Part shown: in pieces, positions 20,953-30,112 of the stretch
Layout of the letters: each line of letters begins with the position of its first letter
Position numbering within the stretch: position 1 is the first letter of the stretch
Origin: Blochmannia endosymbiont of Camponotus nipponensis
GTDB taxonomy: Bacteria > Pseudomonadota > Gammaproteobacteria > Enterobacterales > Enterobacteriaceae
Direction: 5' to 3'
Assembly (NCBI RefSeq): GCF_009827135.1
Contig: NZ_CP046534.1
Coordinates: forward strand, 720,001 to 752,000
DNA length: 32,000 bases
The notes under the pieces: model-generated
The model's input: the letters and a program-made list of their open reading frames with translations, nothing else
What the model was told of the DNA's origin: nothing
The model's database searches: none
Position numbers and translations under genes: made by a program

Positions 20953-21462
20953 GAGTTATAGTGTTAATTGCCCAGTCAGTAATTTTTTTAATGGAATGAC
21001 GTAATATTTCTTAAATTTAAAAAATTAAGAAGATCGTATTTTCAATTTTTTATATTTACTTCATATTAAGTAAGATATTTGACTATTTGTACATAAAAAT
21101 AATAAAATATAGTTGACATTAAATATTAAATAAAATAAATGCGAAATAAGAAATATTACGTGTTAGCTATAATTTATAAGTTATAATCAAAATGTCATCA
21201 ATGATCGGATAGTATGATAGATGAGGTTTTTGTGATAAAATATTTAATATGTAAATGAGTATTAAGTTATTCTCTATGAAATTACATTCAATTACTTAAA
21301 CTTATTAAGTTTAGGGGTTTTTATATTTTATATAATAATATATGTTATGAGAGTTAAGATTAAAGATTAGTAGATGTGTATGTTCTATATTATTATAGTT
21401 ATATTTGATCGAGATTTACCCATATGTTTAGTATGAAATAAATTCTGACTGCAGGGATATAA

Positions 21463-23214
21463 ATGTTGCAGTATAATAAAGATTATTCTTCTACTTGGCA
21501 CACTTTTCGCCGTCTCTGGCCAATAATTTTTCCTTTTAGGGTAGGATTAGTTGTTGCGTCTATTACTTTAATTTTAAATGCAACAAGTGATGCTTTAATG
21601 TTAGCTTTATTAAAACCTTTACTTGATGATGGATTTGGAAGAGCAAATAGAGATGTATTTGTATGGATGCCATTAGCTTTAGTTGGGTTAATGGGTGTTC
21701 GTGGGTTTAGTGGTTTCGCATCTACTTATTGCATATCTTGGGTATCTGGGAAAGTAGTTATGCAGATGAGACGTGCGTTATTTCAACATATTATGAATAT
21801 GCCAGTTTCGTTTTTTGTAAAACAGTCTACTGGTACATTAGTATCTAGAATTACCTATGATTCTGATCAAGTTGCTTCTTCTTCTTCTGGAGCTTTAGTC
21901 ACTGTTATTCGAGAAGGAGCCTCTATTATTGGTTTATGTATCATGATGTTTTATTACAGTTGGCAATTATCATTAATTTTAATACTGATTGCTCCAATAG
22001 TATCTATTACTATTAAACTTGTTTCTCATAGATTTAGAGCAATCAGTAAAAAGATGCAGAGTACTATGGGGCAATTAACTAGCAGTGCTGAACAAATGTT
22101 AAAAGGACATAAAGAAGTATTGATATTTGGAGGTCAACATACAGAAAATGATAGATTTAATTCTGTAAGTAATAGCATGAGACAACAAAGTATGAAGATG
22201 GTACAAACTTCATCTATTTTTGATCCATTGATTCAATTTGTTGCATCATTGGCATTAGCTTTTGTTCTGTATGCAGCTAGTATCCCAAGCGTTATGGAAA
22301 TGCTTACTGCAGGAACTATTACTGTTATTTTTTCATCTATGATAGTTTTGATGAAACCATTAAAGTCGTTGACTAATGTTAGCGCGCAATTTCAACGTGG
22401 AATGGCAGCTTGTCAAACTTTATTTGCTATTTTGGATTTGGAAACAGAAAAAGATCAAGGTACACTTAATATTCAACGGGTGAAGGGAAATATTGTTTTC
22501 GATAATGTTACTTTTTTTTATCCTGAAAAAAACACTCCGTCATTGTCTAAAATTACTTTTACTATTGAATCGGGAAAAACTGTTGCTTTAGTAGGTCGTT
22601 CTGGTTCCGGAAAATCTACTATTGTAAATTTATTAACTCGTTTTTATGATATAAATAAAGGACGTATATTACTTGATGGTTTTAATTTAAATGATTATAA
22701 GCTTTCTTCTTTACGTAATCAAGTAGCTGTAGTATCTCAAAACGTTCATTTATTTAATGATACTATCGCAAATAATATTGCGTATGCGCGCAAGAATTTT
22801 TATTCTAGGGAAGCTATCGAAACTGCAGCTCGTATGGCATGCGCTATGGATTTTATTTCTAAAATGAAAAACGGATTAGATACCACTATAGGAGAAAATG
22901 GGGTATTATTATCTAGTGGTCAGCGTCAACGTATTGCTATTGCACGTGCTTTATTAAGAGATTGTCCGATTTTAATTTTTGACGAAGCTACTTCTGCTTT
23001 AGATTCTGAATCAGAATATGTGATTCATAAATCACTTGATATGTTGAAAAAAAACAGAACATCGTTAGTTATAGCGCATCGTTTATCTACTATTGAAAAT
23101 GCAGATGAAATATTGGTGGTTGAAAATGGTTATATTATAGAACGTGGTGTGCATAAGGGTTTAATATGTAGCCAAGGAATTTATGCTCAGTTATATAAAT
23201 TACAATTTTCTTAA
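21463..23214 (+). CDS. msbA: Lipid A export ATP-binding/permease protein MsbA
   Basis: The ORF is colinear with E. coli MsbA ([28 protein letters not shown], Walker [10 protein letters not shown], Walker [13 protein letters not shown]). AGGGA lies 6 nt upstream of the ATG. Confidence 0.96.
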   Translation: MLQYNKDYSSTWHTFRRLWPIIFPFRVGLVVASITLILNATSDALMLALLKPLLDDGFGRANRDVFVWMPLALVGLMGVRGFSGFASTYCISWVSGKVVMQMRRALFQHIMNMPVSFFVKQSTGTLVSRITYDSDQVASSSSGALVTVIREGASIIGLCIMMFYYSWQLSLILILIAPIVSITIKLVSHRFRAISKKMQSTMGQLTSSAEQMLKGHKEVLIFGGQHTENDRFNSVSNSMRQQSMKMVQTSSIFDPLIQFVASLALAFVLYAASIPSVMEMLTAGTITVIFSSMIVLMKPLKSLTNVSAQFQRGMAACQTLFAILDLETEKDQGTLNIQRVKGNIVFDNVTFFYPEKNTPSLSKITFTIESGKTVALVGRSGSGKSTIVNLLTRFYDINKGRILLDGFNLNDYKLSSLRNQVAVVSQNVHLFNDTIANNIAYARKNFYSREAIETAARMACAMDFISKMKNGLDTTIGENGVLLSSGQRQRIAIARALLRDCPILIFDEATSALDSESEYVIHKSLDMLKKNRTSLVIAHRLSTIENADEILVVENGYIIERGVHKGLICSQGIYAQLYKLQFS

Positions 23215-24224
23215 TGTTTGCTCGTATTTGGTTTAGATCATCGTTGTGTTATTTATTTTTACTACCATTTTCCTGGTTATATGGTTTAGTAAGTACACTT
23301 AATCGTATTAGTTATCAATATGGATGGCGTAAAGTATATAGATTTTCAGTTCCAATAATAATTATTGGTAATTTAACAATTGGAGGAAATGGGAAAACCC
23401 CGATGGTATTGTGGTTAGTAGAACAATTGAAACACCGTGGTTGGAAAGTTGGAGTAGTTTCCAGAGGATATAAGGGTAGGTCAAGCAATTATCCAATTAT
23501 TATTAATATAAATAGTCATAGCATTGAATGCGGTGATGAGCCTATGCTAATTTGGAGACGTACTGGAGTATTGGTAGCAGTTTCTCCAAAACGTGCTGAT
23601 GCAGTTGCTGCATTGTTACGAATGCAAGAATTAGATATTATAATAAGCGATGATGGATTACAGCATTATGCGCTTTTTAGGGATATAGAATGGGTAATTA
23701 TTAATACTTCATTTCGATTTGGAAATGGTTATTGGTTGCCAGCAGGTCCTATGCGTGAACGTATTAATAGACTTCACACGGTGCAGGCAATTATTGCAAA
23801 TGGATCAGCAGAAGGGATGCAATCCGGAGAAATATTAATGCAATTATATCCTAGTGCTGCAATAAATATATTGACAGGAGAACATAGGCCTCTTAATATT
23901 TTAAATAACGTTGTAGCTATAGCAGGGATTGGGTATCCTACACAATTCTTCGATACTCTGAGAAATTATGGTATAACTCCTATCAAAGTGATTTCGTTTT
24001 CTGATCATCATATATATTCAGAAAAAATGTTGCAATCTCTTACTGAAAAGAATGAGATATTATTAATGACTGAAAAAGACGCGGTTAAATGTCTAGATTT
24101 TGCTCATGATAATTGGTGGTACGTGCATATAGAAGTAAAAATAAACACAAAAGATACGAATAAACTATTGTGTTCGGTGGAGGATAAAATCAAATATTAT
24201 AAATATTTTAATTCCAACATATAG
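23214..24224 (+). CDS. lpxK: Tetraacyldisaccharide 4'-kinase
   Basis: LLPFSWLYGLVS, GNLTIGGNGKTPMVLWLVEQL, VVSRGYKG, DDGLQHY, LPAGPMRER and LMTEKDAVKC are colinear with E. coli LpxK. The ATG overlaps the msbA stop by 1 nt (TAATG). Confidence 0.94.
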   Translation: MFARIWFRSSLCYLFLLPFSWLYGLVSTLNRISYQYGWRKVYRFSVPIIIIGNLTIGGNGKTPMVLWLVEQLKHRGWKVGVVSRGYKGRSSNYPIIININSHSIECGDEPMLIWRRTGVLVAVSPKRADAVAALLRMQELDIIISDDGLQHYALFRDIEWVIINTSFRFGNGYWLPAGPMRERINRLHTVQAIIANGSAEGMQSGEILMQLYPSAAINILTGEHRPLNILNNVVAIAGIGYPTQFFDTLRNYGITPIKVISFSDHHIYSEKMLQSLTEKNEILLMTEKDAVKCLDFAHDNWWYVHIEVKINTKDTNKLLCSVEDKIKYYKYFNSNI

Positions 24225-24231
24225 TTTTAGA

Positions 24232-24280
24232 GTATAATTGCATACGATATCAATATTATTGATATCGTATGCAATTATAC
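24232..24280. repeat. Perfect 49-bp palindrome (24-bp arms, 1-nt centre) directly after lpxK; possibly a terminator hairpin
   Basis: All 24 pairs were checked by hand. gtataattgcatacgatatcaata / t / tattgatatcgtatgcaattatac. It starts 8 nt after the lpxK TAG. No T-run follows. Confidence 0.95.
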
Positions 24281-24403
24281 ATTGTAGTATCATAGGTTAT
24301 TTACATGCTTAATCAGTCGTTGGGTATTTATGAAATATTTACATACAGTTTGATTATATACAGTATGTGAAGTAATTATATTATTAATATAGTGATTATT
24401 ATA

Positions 24404-24571
24404 ATGAAATATCAGTTATTAAAAATTATTGTATGCCCTATATGTTATTCGAAATTATTTTTTGATTCAAAAAAAAAAGAATTAATTTGTAATGTTGATA
24501 ACGTAGCTTTTCCAATAAAAAACGGAATTCCAGTTCTTTTAAAAAAAGATGCTCGTAATTTTACATTATAA
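24404..24571 (+). CDS. ycaR: Small Trm112/UPF0434-family protein YcaR
   Basis: This 55-codon ORF is absent from the supplied track (too short). I translated it by hand as MKYQLLKIIVCPICYSKLFFDSKKKELICNVDNVAFPIKNGIPVLLKKDARNFTL. It parallels E. coli YcaR (LLEIIACPVCNGKL...[21 protein letters not shown]) and sits in the conserved position just upstream of kdsB. Confidence 0.85.
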   Translation: MKYQLLKIIVCPICYSKLFFDSKKKELICNVDNVAFPIKNGIPVLLKKDARNFTL

Positions 24572-24582
24572 AAGGAATAAAT

Positions 24583-25362
24583 ATGAATTTTGTAGTAATT
24601 ATACCTGTCCGATTTTTTTCGACACGTTTTCCAGGAAAAGCTTTAGCCGATATTCATGGTAAACCCATGATTGTGCGTGTTATGGAAAACGCTTTGGCTT
24701 CTGGGGCTGATAAAGTAATAATTGCTACTGATAGTGCTTGTATAGCTCGAGTTGTTGAATCAGAACAATCTTCAGGAGAAATATATTTAACGCGATCTGA
24801 TCATCAATCAGGGACTGAACGTCTTTCAGAGGTAGTTATTAATTACAAATTTCCAACCAATCAAACTATTGTACATCTTCAAGGAGATGAACCATTAGTT
24901 TCACCTGCTATGATTCGTCAAGTAGCAAGTACTTTATGTTCAGTGCGAGATACTGCTAGCATGGTAACATTAGCAGCTCCGATACATTCTTTAAAAGAAG
25001 CGCATGATGATAATGTTGTGAAAGTTGTTGTAAATATACATCATAATGCTCTTTATTTTTCGCGTTCTATGATTCCATGGCATCGCGGTAATTATAAGAA
25101 TCACATAGATAATAGATCGTCTAGAATATTGTTACGTCACATTGGTATTTATTCATATCAAGTTCAGTTCCTGCATCATTATGTTTCATGGACCAGAAGT
25201 CCATTAGAACAATATGAACAACTTGAACAACTTCGAGTACTATGGCATGGAGAAACAATACATGTTGCTGTCATCGACAATGCGTTTAATATTAGCGTAG
25301 ATACTCCAGAATCGTTGAAATATGCTAATATCGCATTTAAAGATACATCAAAAAAAATATAA
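24583..25362 (+). CDS. kdsB: 3-deoxy-manno-octulosonate cytidylyltransferase (CMP-KDO synthetase)
   Basis: FVVIIPVRFFSTRFPGKALADIHGKPMIV, SDHQSGTERL, LQGDEPL, LYFSRSMIPW and LEQLRVLWHGETIHV are colinear with E. coli KdsB. AAGGA lies upstream of the ATG. Confidence 0.96.
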   Translation: MNFVVIIPVRFFSTRFPGKALADIHGKPMIVRVMENALASGADKVIIATDSACIARVVESEQSSGEIYLTRSDHQSGTERLSEVVINYKFPTNQTIVHLQGDEPLVSPAMIRQVASTLCSVRDTASMVTLAAPIHSLKEAHDDNVVKVVVNIHHNALYFSRSMIPWHRGNYKNHIDNRSSRILLRHIGIYSYQVQFLHHYVSWTRSPLEQYEQLEQLRVLWHGETIHVAVIDNAFNISVDTPESLKYANIAFKDTSKKI

Positions 25363-25500
25363 TATATTAATATGTATCTTCTATATATAAGATTACAACA
25401 TACGAAAATGTTTTCAATGGATTATACAATAAATTCACTTTAATTGTGTTTTTCTGAAGTAAATACATAAGGGAACTGTAAATAATACTAATTATATAAA

Positions 25501-25544
25501 TCATCAGGATTTATTATGATATTAATCATGATAAATCCTGATGA
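25501..25544. repeat. Inverted repeat: 20-bp arms (25501-25520 / 25525-25544), one T:G mismatch, 4-nt loop (atta)
   Basis: Checked by hand. The arms are tcatcaggatttatTatgat and atcatGataaatcctgatga. The only non-Watson-Crick pair is 25515/25530, which would be a G-U wobble in plus-strand RNA. Confidence 0.93.
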
Positions 25545-25697
25545 CGTGTATTTTCATAATATAAGTATCAAATTTCCTGGAGCATACATATATAGTTGTG
25601 ACATGAAGAAATATTTTTAATGTTATATACTTAGGATTATTAATAGTGAAAATCATAAGTATATTTACTTATATTTATTTGGAGTATAAAAATAATT

Positions 25698-26312
25698 ATG
25701 CAGCAGCAACAACTACGTTTAGTAGTGGGAATATCAGGAGCATCTGGCGGTATTTATGGAATTCGCGCATTAACTATAATAAAACAATGTCCTATACATA
25801 TAGAATCTCATCTTATTGTCACTCGAAATGCTCTGATTACATTGCAACAAGAATTCAATATGAATAAACAAGCTGTATATGAATTAGCAGATGTTGTACA
25901 TTTTCCGCAAGATATTGGGGCATCCGTTGCTAGTGGATCATATCCAACTTTAGGTATGTTAATTGCTCCATGTTCTATTAGAACTATGTCAGAAATTAGT
26001 TCAGGTATGACATCATCATTGATGAGTCGTGTTGCAGATGTAATGTTAAAAGAAAAACGTAAATTAGTGCTGATGATCAGAGAAACTCCACTGCATCTGG
26101 GACATTTACGTACAATGGTTAAGTTGGCAGAATTTGGAGCGGTGATTATGCCACCTGTACCTGCATATTACACACATCCAAAAACTATAGATGATATCAT
26201 TTCTTATACTGTAGCAAGAGCTTTAAATTTATTTGGAATTAATACTACAATTTCTTCCACTTGGCTAGGAATCAAGCATCAAAATCATGACAACTTTATG
26301 AAATTAAACTAA
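25698..26312 (+). CDS. ubiX: Flavin prenyltransferase UbiX
   Basis: LVVGISGASGGIYGIR, APCSIRTMSEI, KEKRKLVLMIRETPLHLGHLRTM and GAVIMPPVPAYY are colinear with E. coli UbiX. Confidence 0.9.
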   Translation: MQQQQLRLVVGISGASGGIYGIRALTIIKQCPIHIESHLIVTRNALITLQQEFNMNKQAVYELADVVHFPQDIGASVASGSYPTLGMLIAPCSIRTMSEISSGMTSSLMSRVADVMLKEKRKLVLMIRETPLHLGHLRTMVKLAEFGAVIMPPVPAYYTHPKTIDDIISYTVARALNLFGINTTISSTWLGIKHQNHDNFMKLN

Positions 26313-26386
26313 AACAATTAGATTTTAACATTATTAAAGGTAACTAATATCAATAAGTTGATATTTTCTGTAAGAAATTTTTTTCT

Positions 26387-28372
26387 TTATTTATTAGAAG
26401 TAAAACTATCATCATCACTACTACTGTTATCTGTAATGCAATCTTCGTGCATAGATGATGCAGATTGAGCAATATTTAATTTAATAAATATTTTTTCCAT
26501 ATCACCAAAGTATTTGTTTTTTTTTCTCTCTGCTATAGTATTTTCAAGTTTATTTATATGTTCTGTGGTACCTATTAAAGAAAATTTAGTTTGCTTATGT
26601 GCAGACAAACGGTACGATAAATCTTCATTTTTATTCAATATAACTTTAGAATGTTCAACCAAATTATCATGTATCTCTTTTTTATTTCTATTTTCTTCAG
26701 AATCAGCATCATGATCTTCATGAAACGCAGAAGAGGACGATAGCGGTAATGTATCATCGTTTAATGTTGATGATGCAATGATAAATGAAGATTCTTTTTC
26801 TGAAAAAAGCAAAGGAATTGGAGGAGGAATAGGAATGGAAAGTATACAATCATTTTCTGTTGTAACATTCTGTGCATGTTCTTTTGTAGTATCGTGTGTG
26901 ATATGTTCTGTAGTAATATTTGAAAGAGACATATTATTTTTTGTTTGATGATGATCATCATTATACATTGATGTATGTGTAACTGTGTCTTTTACAACAT
27001 TAATTTCGGAATCATTATTAAAATTAATAACGGAAGAAGAAGTTTGTTTTTGTGTGTTTAATGATTGTTTTTGTGAAAAATCTTTTACTAAAATAGGTAT
27101 ATCTTGTTTTCTTTGTTTTTGAGGAGTTTTATTTGAATTCGTAATATATGAAATAAAAATTTTGTCTTCTTGTGTAATAGGATGGTCAGGTAAATATAAC
27201 GCATAAGTGTCATTTGTTATTGCAATGATATTACCTCCTTGATTTTGCAGTAACTGAAAATTCCATTGTATAGATTCGTTATCACTGTCATCAATTTTAA
27301 TTATTTTTATTTCTCCAGGATAACCCGTTATTTTTTGAATATTTTGTAATGATTTAGTGTAATTATTATGTTTATTAAATAGAATACAATCACGACATGG
27401 AGTGACGGTAGGTATAAATGGTGATTGCACCATAGTATCAATATCGCTCAATATTGATTTATTTCGTTTATTTGTATAATTTATTTGTTCTGCAATAGGC
27501 ACACCAAATTGATAATTTATCAATACCTGACAAACAGTATTAAAATATTTATTGTTTACAAAAATATTGTTTATATTGCATCCTAATATGGGAAAAGGTT
27601 GATAATTTAGAGCTAATGATATACAGTAGTCGTTATTTTTTTTATTAAAAATTTTTTTGTATTTTTTGCTATAAACAAATTGCTCTAATTTTATTTTTCC
27701 AGTAAATTCGGGAAAATATGGAAATTTAGTGTGCATATGTATTTGGTAGCCACTTTTTGGGCAGTGTATGCTACATTTTTTTGATGATGATGTTTCAAAA
27801 TTAAAAACACTATTTAAATTATAATAATTGTTTAGCATAAATAATGTATTATATAACCAATATTCTACGCCAACATTAATTGAATATGGTTGACTACTGT
27901 GACTAGAAAGAGGGCAATGGTAAAAAGTATTGTATCCAATAGCATATTTATCATTAGTTAAATGTCTTTTTCCCCCTCCAAAATTAAAAATTGGTTCTGA
28001 TAAAAAATCATGTATTCCTAGTTGCATGAAAGATATATTTTTTTGATGTGTGCTACATTGTGTATGAAATGAGTGGAACATATTTATAGAATTATTTTGT
28101 AATTGTATTTTAGATCTGTAAATAGAAGAAAATGGAGATGTATAATTATACGCATGCACACGCAGTTTATTTGTTGTATAGGGAGAAAAATTGAGAGTTT
28201 GACGTACATAGTCTTGAGTATTACATTTCATTTCTTTCTGATATGTTTCATCTTGAAACATACTATTACTCATCATATTAAACTTAACGTTATTTTTGAA
28301 CGTATTACACCAAGCGGTCTCGTTGTGTACAAGTATTTGAAATACTATTCCCAATATAATTAATCTCAGCAT
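26387..28372 (-). CDS. Inverse autotransporter (intimin/invasin-family beta-barrel plus one Ig-like module) with a long disordered C-terminal tail
   Basis: There is a signal-peptide-like N-terminus (MLRLIILGIVFQILV). Residues ~165-300 track the intimin barrel as I recall it: GVEYWLYNTLF.. vs GAEYWRDYFK; KSGYQIHMHTKFPYFPEFTGKIKLEQF vs ANGFDIRFNGYLPSYPALGAKLIYEQY; LALNYQPFPIL vs VGVNYTPIPLV; INYQFGVPIAEQI vs FRYQFDKSWSQQI. IQWNFQLLQNQGGNI matches IVWDDSALRSQGGQI of the first Ig-like module. The frame stays open for ~2 kb in very AT-rich DNA. I prefer ATG 28372 as the start; the track uses TTG 28378. Confidence 0.78.
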   Translation of the reverse strand: MLRLIILGIVFQILVHNETAWCNTFKNNVKFNMMSNSMFQDETYQKEMKCNTQDYVRQTLNFSPYTTNKLRVHAYNYTSPFSSIYRSKIQLQNNSINMFHSFHTQCSTHQKNISFMQLGIHDFLSEPIFNFGGGKRHLTNDKYAIGYNTFYHCPLSSHSSQPYSINVGVEYWLYNTLFMLNNYYNLNSVFNFETSSSKKCSIHCPKSGYQIHMHTKFPYFPEFTGKIKLEQFVYSKKYKKIFNKKNNDYCISLALNYQPFPILGCNINNIFVNNKYFNTVCQVLINYQFGVPIAEQINYTNKRNKSILSDIDTMVQSPFIPTVTPCRDCILFNKHNNYTKSLQNIQKITGYPGEIKIIKIDDSDNESIQWNFQLLQNQGGNIIAITNDTYALYLPDHPITQEDKIFISYITNSNKTPQKQRKQDIPILVKDFSQKQSLNTQKQTSSSVINFNNDSEINVVKDTVTHTSMYNDDHHQTKNNMSLSNITTEHITHDTTKEHAQNVTTENDCILSIPIPPPIPLLFSEKESSFIIASSTLNDDTLPLSSSSAFHEDHDADSEENRNKKEIHDNLVEHSKVILNKNEDLSYRLSAHKQTKFSLIGTTEHINKLENTIAERKKNKYFGDMEKIFIKLNIAQSASSMHEDCITDNSSSDDDSFTSNK

Positions 28373-28526
28373 GTTCAATATTTTGTTTTAATGAAAATAT
28401 TTTGTATTGTACATAATATATAGTATATTTATATTTTAATTTTTACAGTCTTAAATAAATAATCAATATATATAAATTTATTAAATTAACAATCAAATTT
28501 TTAAATAAAAATTGAATTTTTTTAAT

Positions 28527-28568
28527 AATATATATCATTTGTATGTTTACATACAAATGATATATATT
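28527..28568. repeat. Perfect inverted repeat: 20-bp arms (28527-28546 / 28549-28568) and a 2-nt loop, running into a T-run
   Basis: Checked by hand: aatatatatcatttgtatgt / tt / acatacaaatgatatatatt. It lies in the divergent spacer, 48 nt upstream of the fumC ATG. Confidence 0.95.
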
Positions 28569-28616
28569 TTTCGTAATTCAAGAACACAATAATTTTCTAT
28601 TGAAGAGGTTATTATT

Positions 28617-30020
28617 ATGGTGACACGTATTGAACAAGATACTATGGGAAGTGTTTTAGTACCGAAAAATCGATTATGGGGAGCACAAACACAACGTGCG
28701 TTAAAATATTTTAATATTTCTGATGAAAAAATTCCTTTTTCATTAATTCAAGCCTTAGCACAAATCAAATGTGCAGCGGCACAAGTAAATTACGATCTAA
28801 AATTATTAGATTGTGAAAGGGCTAAAGCAATTATTAAAGCGGCAAAAGAAGTATTATCTGGAATGCATAAGGACGAGTTTCCAATATCAGTGTGGCAAAC
28901 TGGATCTGGGACTCAAAGTAACATGAATATGAATGAAGTTTTAGCTAATCGAGCCAATAAATTGTTAAAAAATAAACAAGGTGTAAATAATAAATTTATT
29001 CATCCAAATGATCATGTCAATAAAAGTCAAAGTTCAAATGACGTTTTCCCTAGCGCAATGCATATTGCAGCAGTAATTAATTTAAATGAACAGCTAATAC
29101 CTAAGGTTAAAACATTACAAAACACTTTACTTGGTAAATCTATTGAATTTAATAATATTATTAAAATTGGGCGTACTCATCTTCAAGATGCTACTCCCTT
29201 AACTTTAGGACAGGAAATTTCTGCTTGGGTATCTATGCTACAACATAACATAGACCATATAAAAGTTACTATACCCCATTTATGCGAATTAGCTTTAGGT
29301 GGAACAGCAGTAGGCACAGGCCTTAATACTCATCCGGAATATGCCAGTCGTATTGCTGATGCATTATCACTGCTTACTGGACATGTTTTTGTTAGCGCAT
29401 CAAATAAATTTGAATCATTATCAACATGTGATGCATTAGTACATAGTCATGGTTCTTTAAAGGGTCTAGCGGTTTCTATGACGAAAATTGCTAACGATAT
29501 ACGTTTACTATCCTCTGGGCCTAGATGTGGTATAGGTGAATTAAGCATTCCTGAAAATGAACCAGGTAGCTCGATGATGCCAGGAAAAGTTAATCCAACG
29601 CAATGTGAATCCATGACTATGTTGTGTTCTCAAATTATGGGAAATGATGTTAGTATAAATATTGGTGGTGCGTCTGGTCATTTTGAATTAAATGTATATA
29701 GGCCATTAATTATATATAATTTCTTACAATCAACACGTTTGTTGGCAGACGGTATAGACAGTTTTCATAAATATTGTATTGTAGGAATTCAACCGAAGTA
29801 TCAACGAATTAAAGAATTCCTTGATAGTTCACTTATGTTGGTTACTGCGTTAACTCCTTATCTTGGATATGATAAATCAGCAGAAATTGCTAAAAAGGCG
29901 CATTTAGGAGGATTAAGTTTAAGAGAAGCTGCTTTACAATTAGGTTATGTAAATGATCGACAGTTTGATGAATGGGTCTGCCCAGAAAATATGATTAGCC
30001 CTTCAGAAATATTACAGTGA
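28617..30020 (+). CDS. fumC: Class II fumarate hydratase
   Basis: [39 protein letters not shown] and the signature [15 protein letters not shown] are colinear with E. coli FumC. GAAGAGG lies 9 nt upstream of the ATG. Confidence 0.97.
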   Translation: MVTRIEQDTMGSVLVPKNRLWGAQTQRALKYFNISDEKIPFSLIQALAQIKCAAAQVNYDLKLLDCERAKAIIKAAKEVLSGMHKDEFPISVWQTGSGTQSNMNMNEVLANRANKLLKNKQGVNNKFIHPNDHVNKSQSSNDVFPSAMHIAAVINLNEQLIPKVKTLQNTLLGKSIEFNNIIKIGRTHLQDATPLTLGQEISAWVSMLQHNIDHIKVTIPHLCELALGGTAVGTGLNTHPEYASRIADALSLLTGHVFVSASNKFESLSTCDALVHSHGSLKGLAVSMTKIANDIRLLSSGPRCGIGELSIPENEPGSSMMPGKVNPTQCESMTMLCSQIMGNDVSINIGGASGHFELNVYRPLIIYNFLQSTRLLADGIDSFHKYCIVGIQPKYQRIKEFLDSSLMLVTALTPYLGYDKSAEIAKKAHLGGLSLREAALQLGYVNDRQFDEWVCPENMISPSEILQ

Positions 30021-30112
30021 TCATTTTTTAGAGACGACAATATGAAAATATTTAATGAAAAAATTTTTTGCAACTATTTTTATAGGCCATTATAAAAGAT
30101 AAACCGATATTA

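Noticed and set aside
21079-21108. A sigma70-like TTGACT-N18-TAAAAT motif (and a nearby TTGACA at 21113) upstream of msbA.
   Set aside because: It lies ~350 nt from the start codon. The -10-like hexamers occur everywhere in these spacers, so promoter calls from sequence alone are not supportable here.
26347-26364. The hairpin atatcaa/taag/ttgatat followed by TTT, between the convergent ubiX and inverse-autotransporter genes. I considered it as a bidirectional terminator.
   Set aside because: The stem is only 7 bp and all A/T. It is too weak to call.
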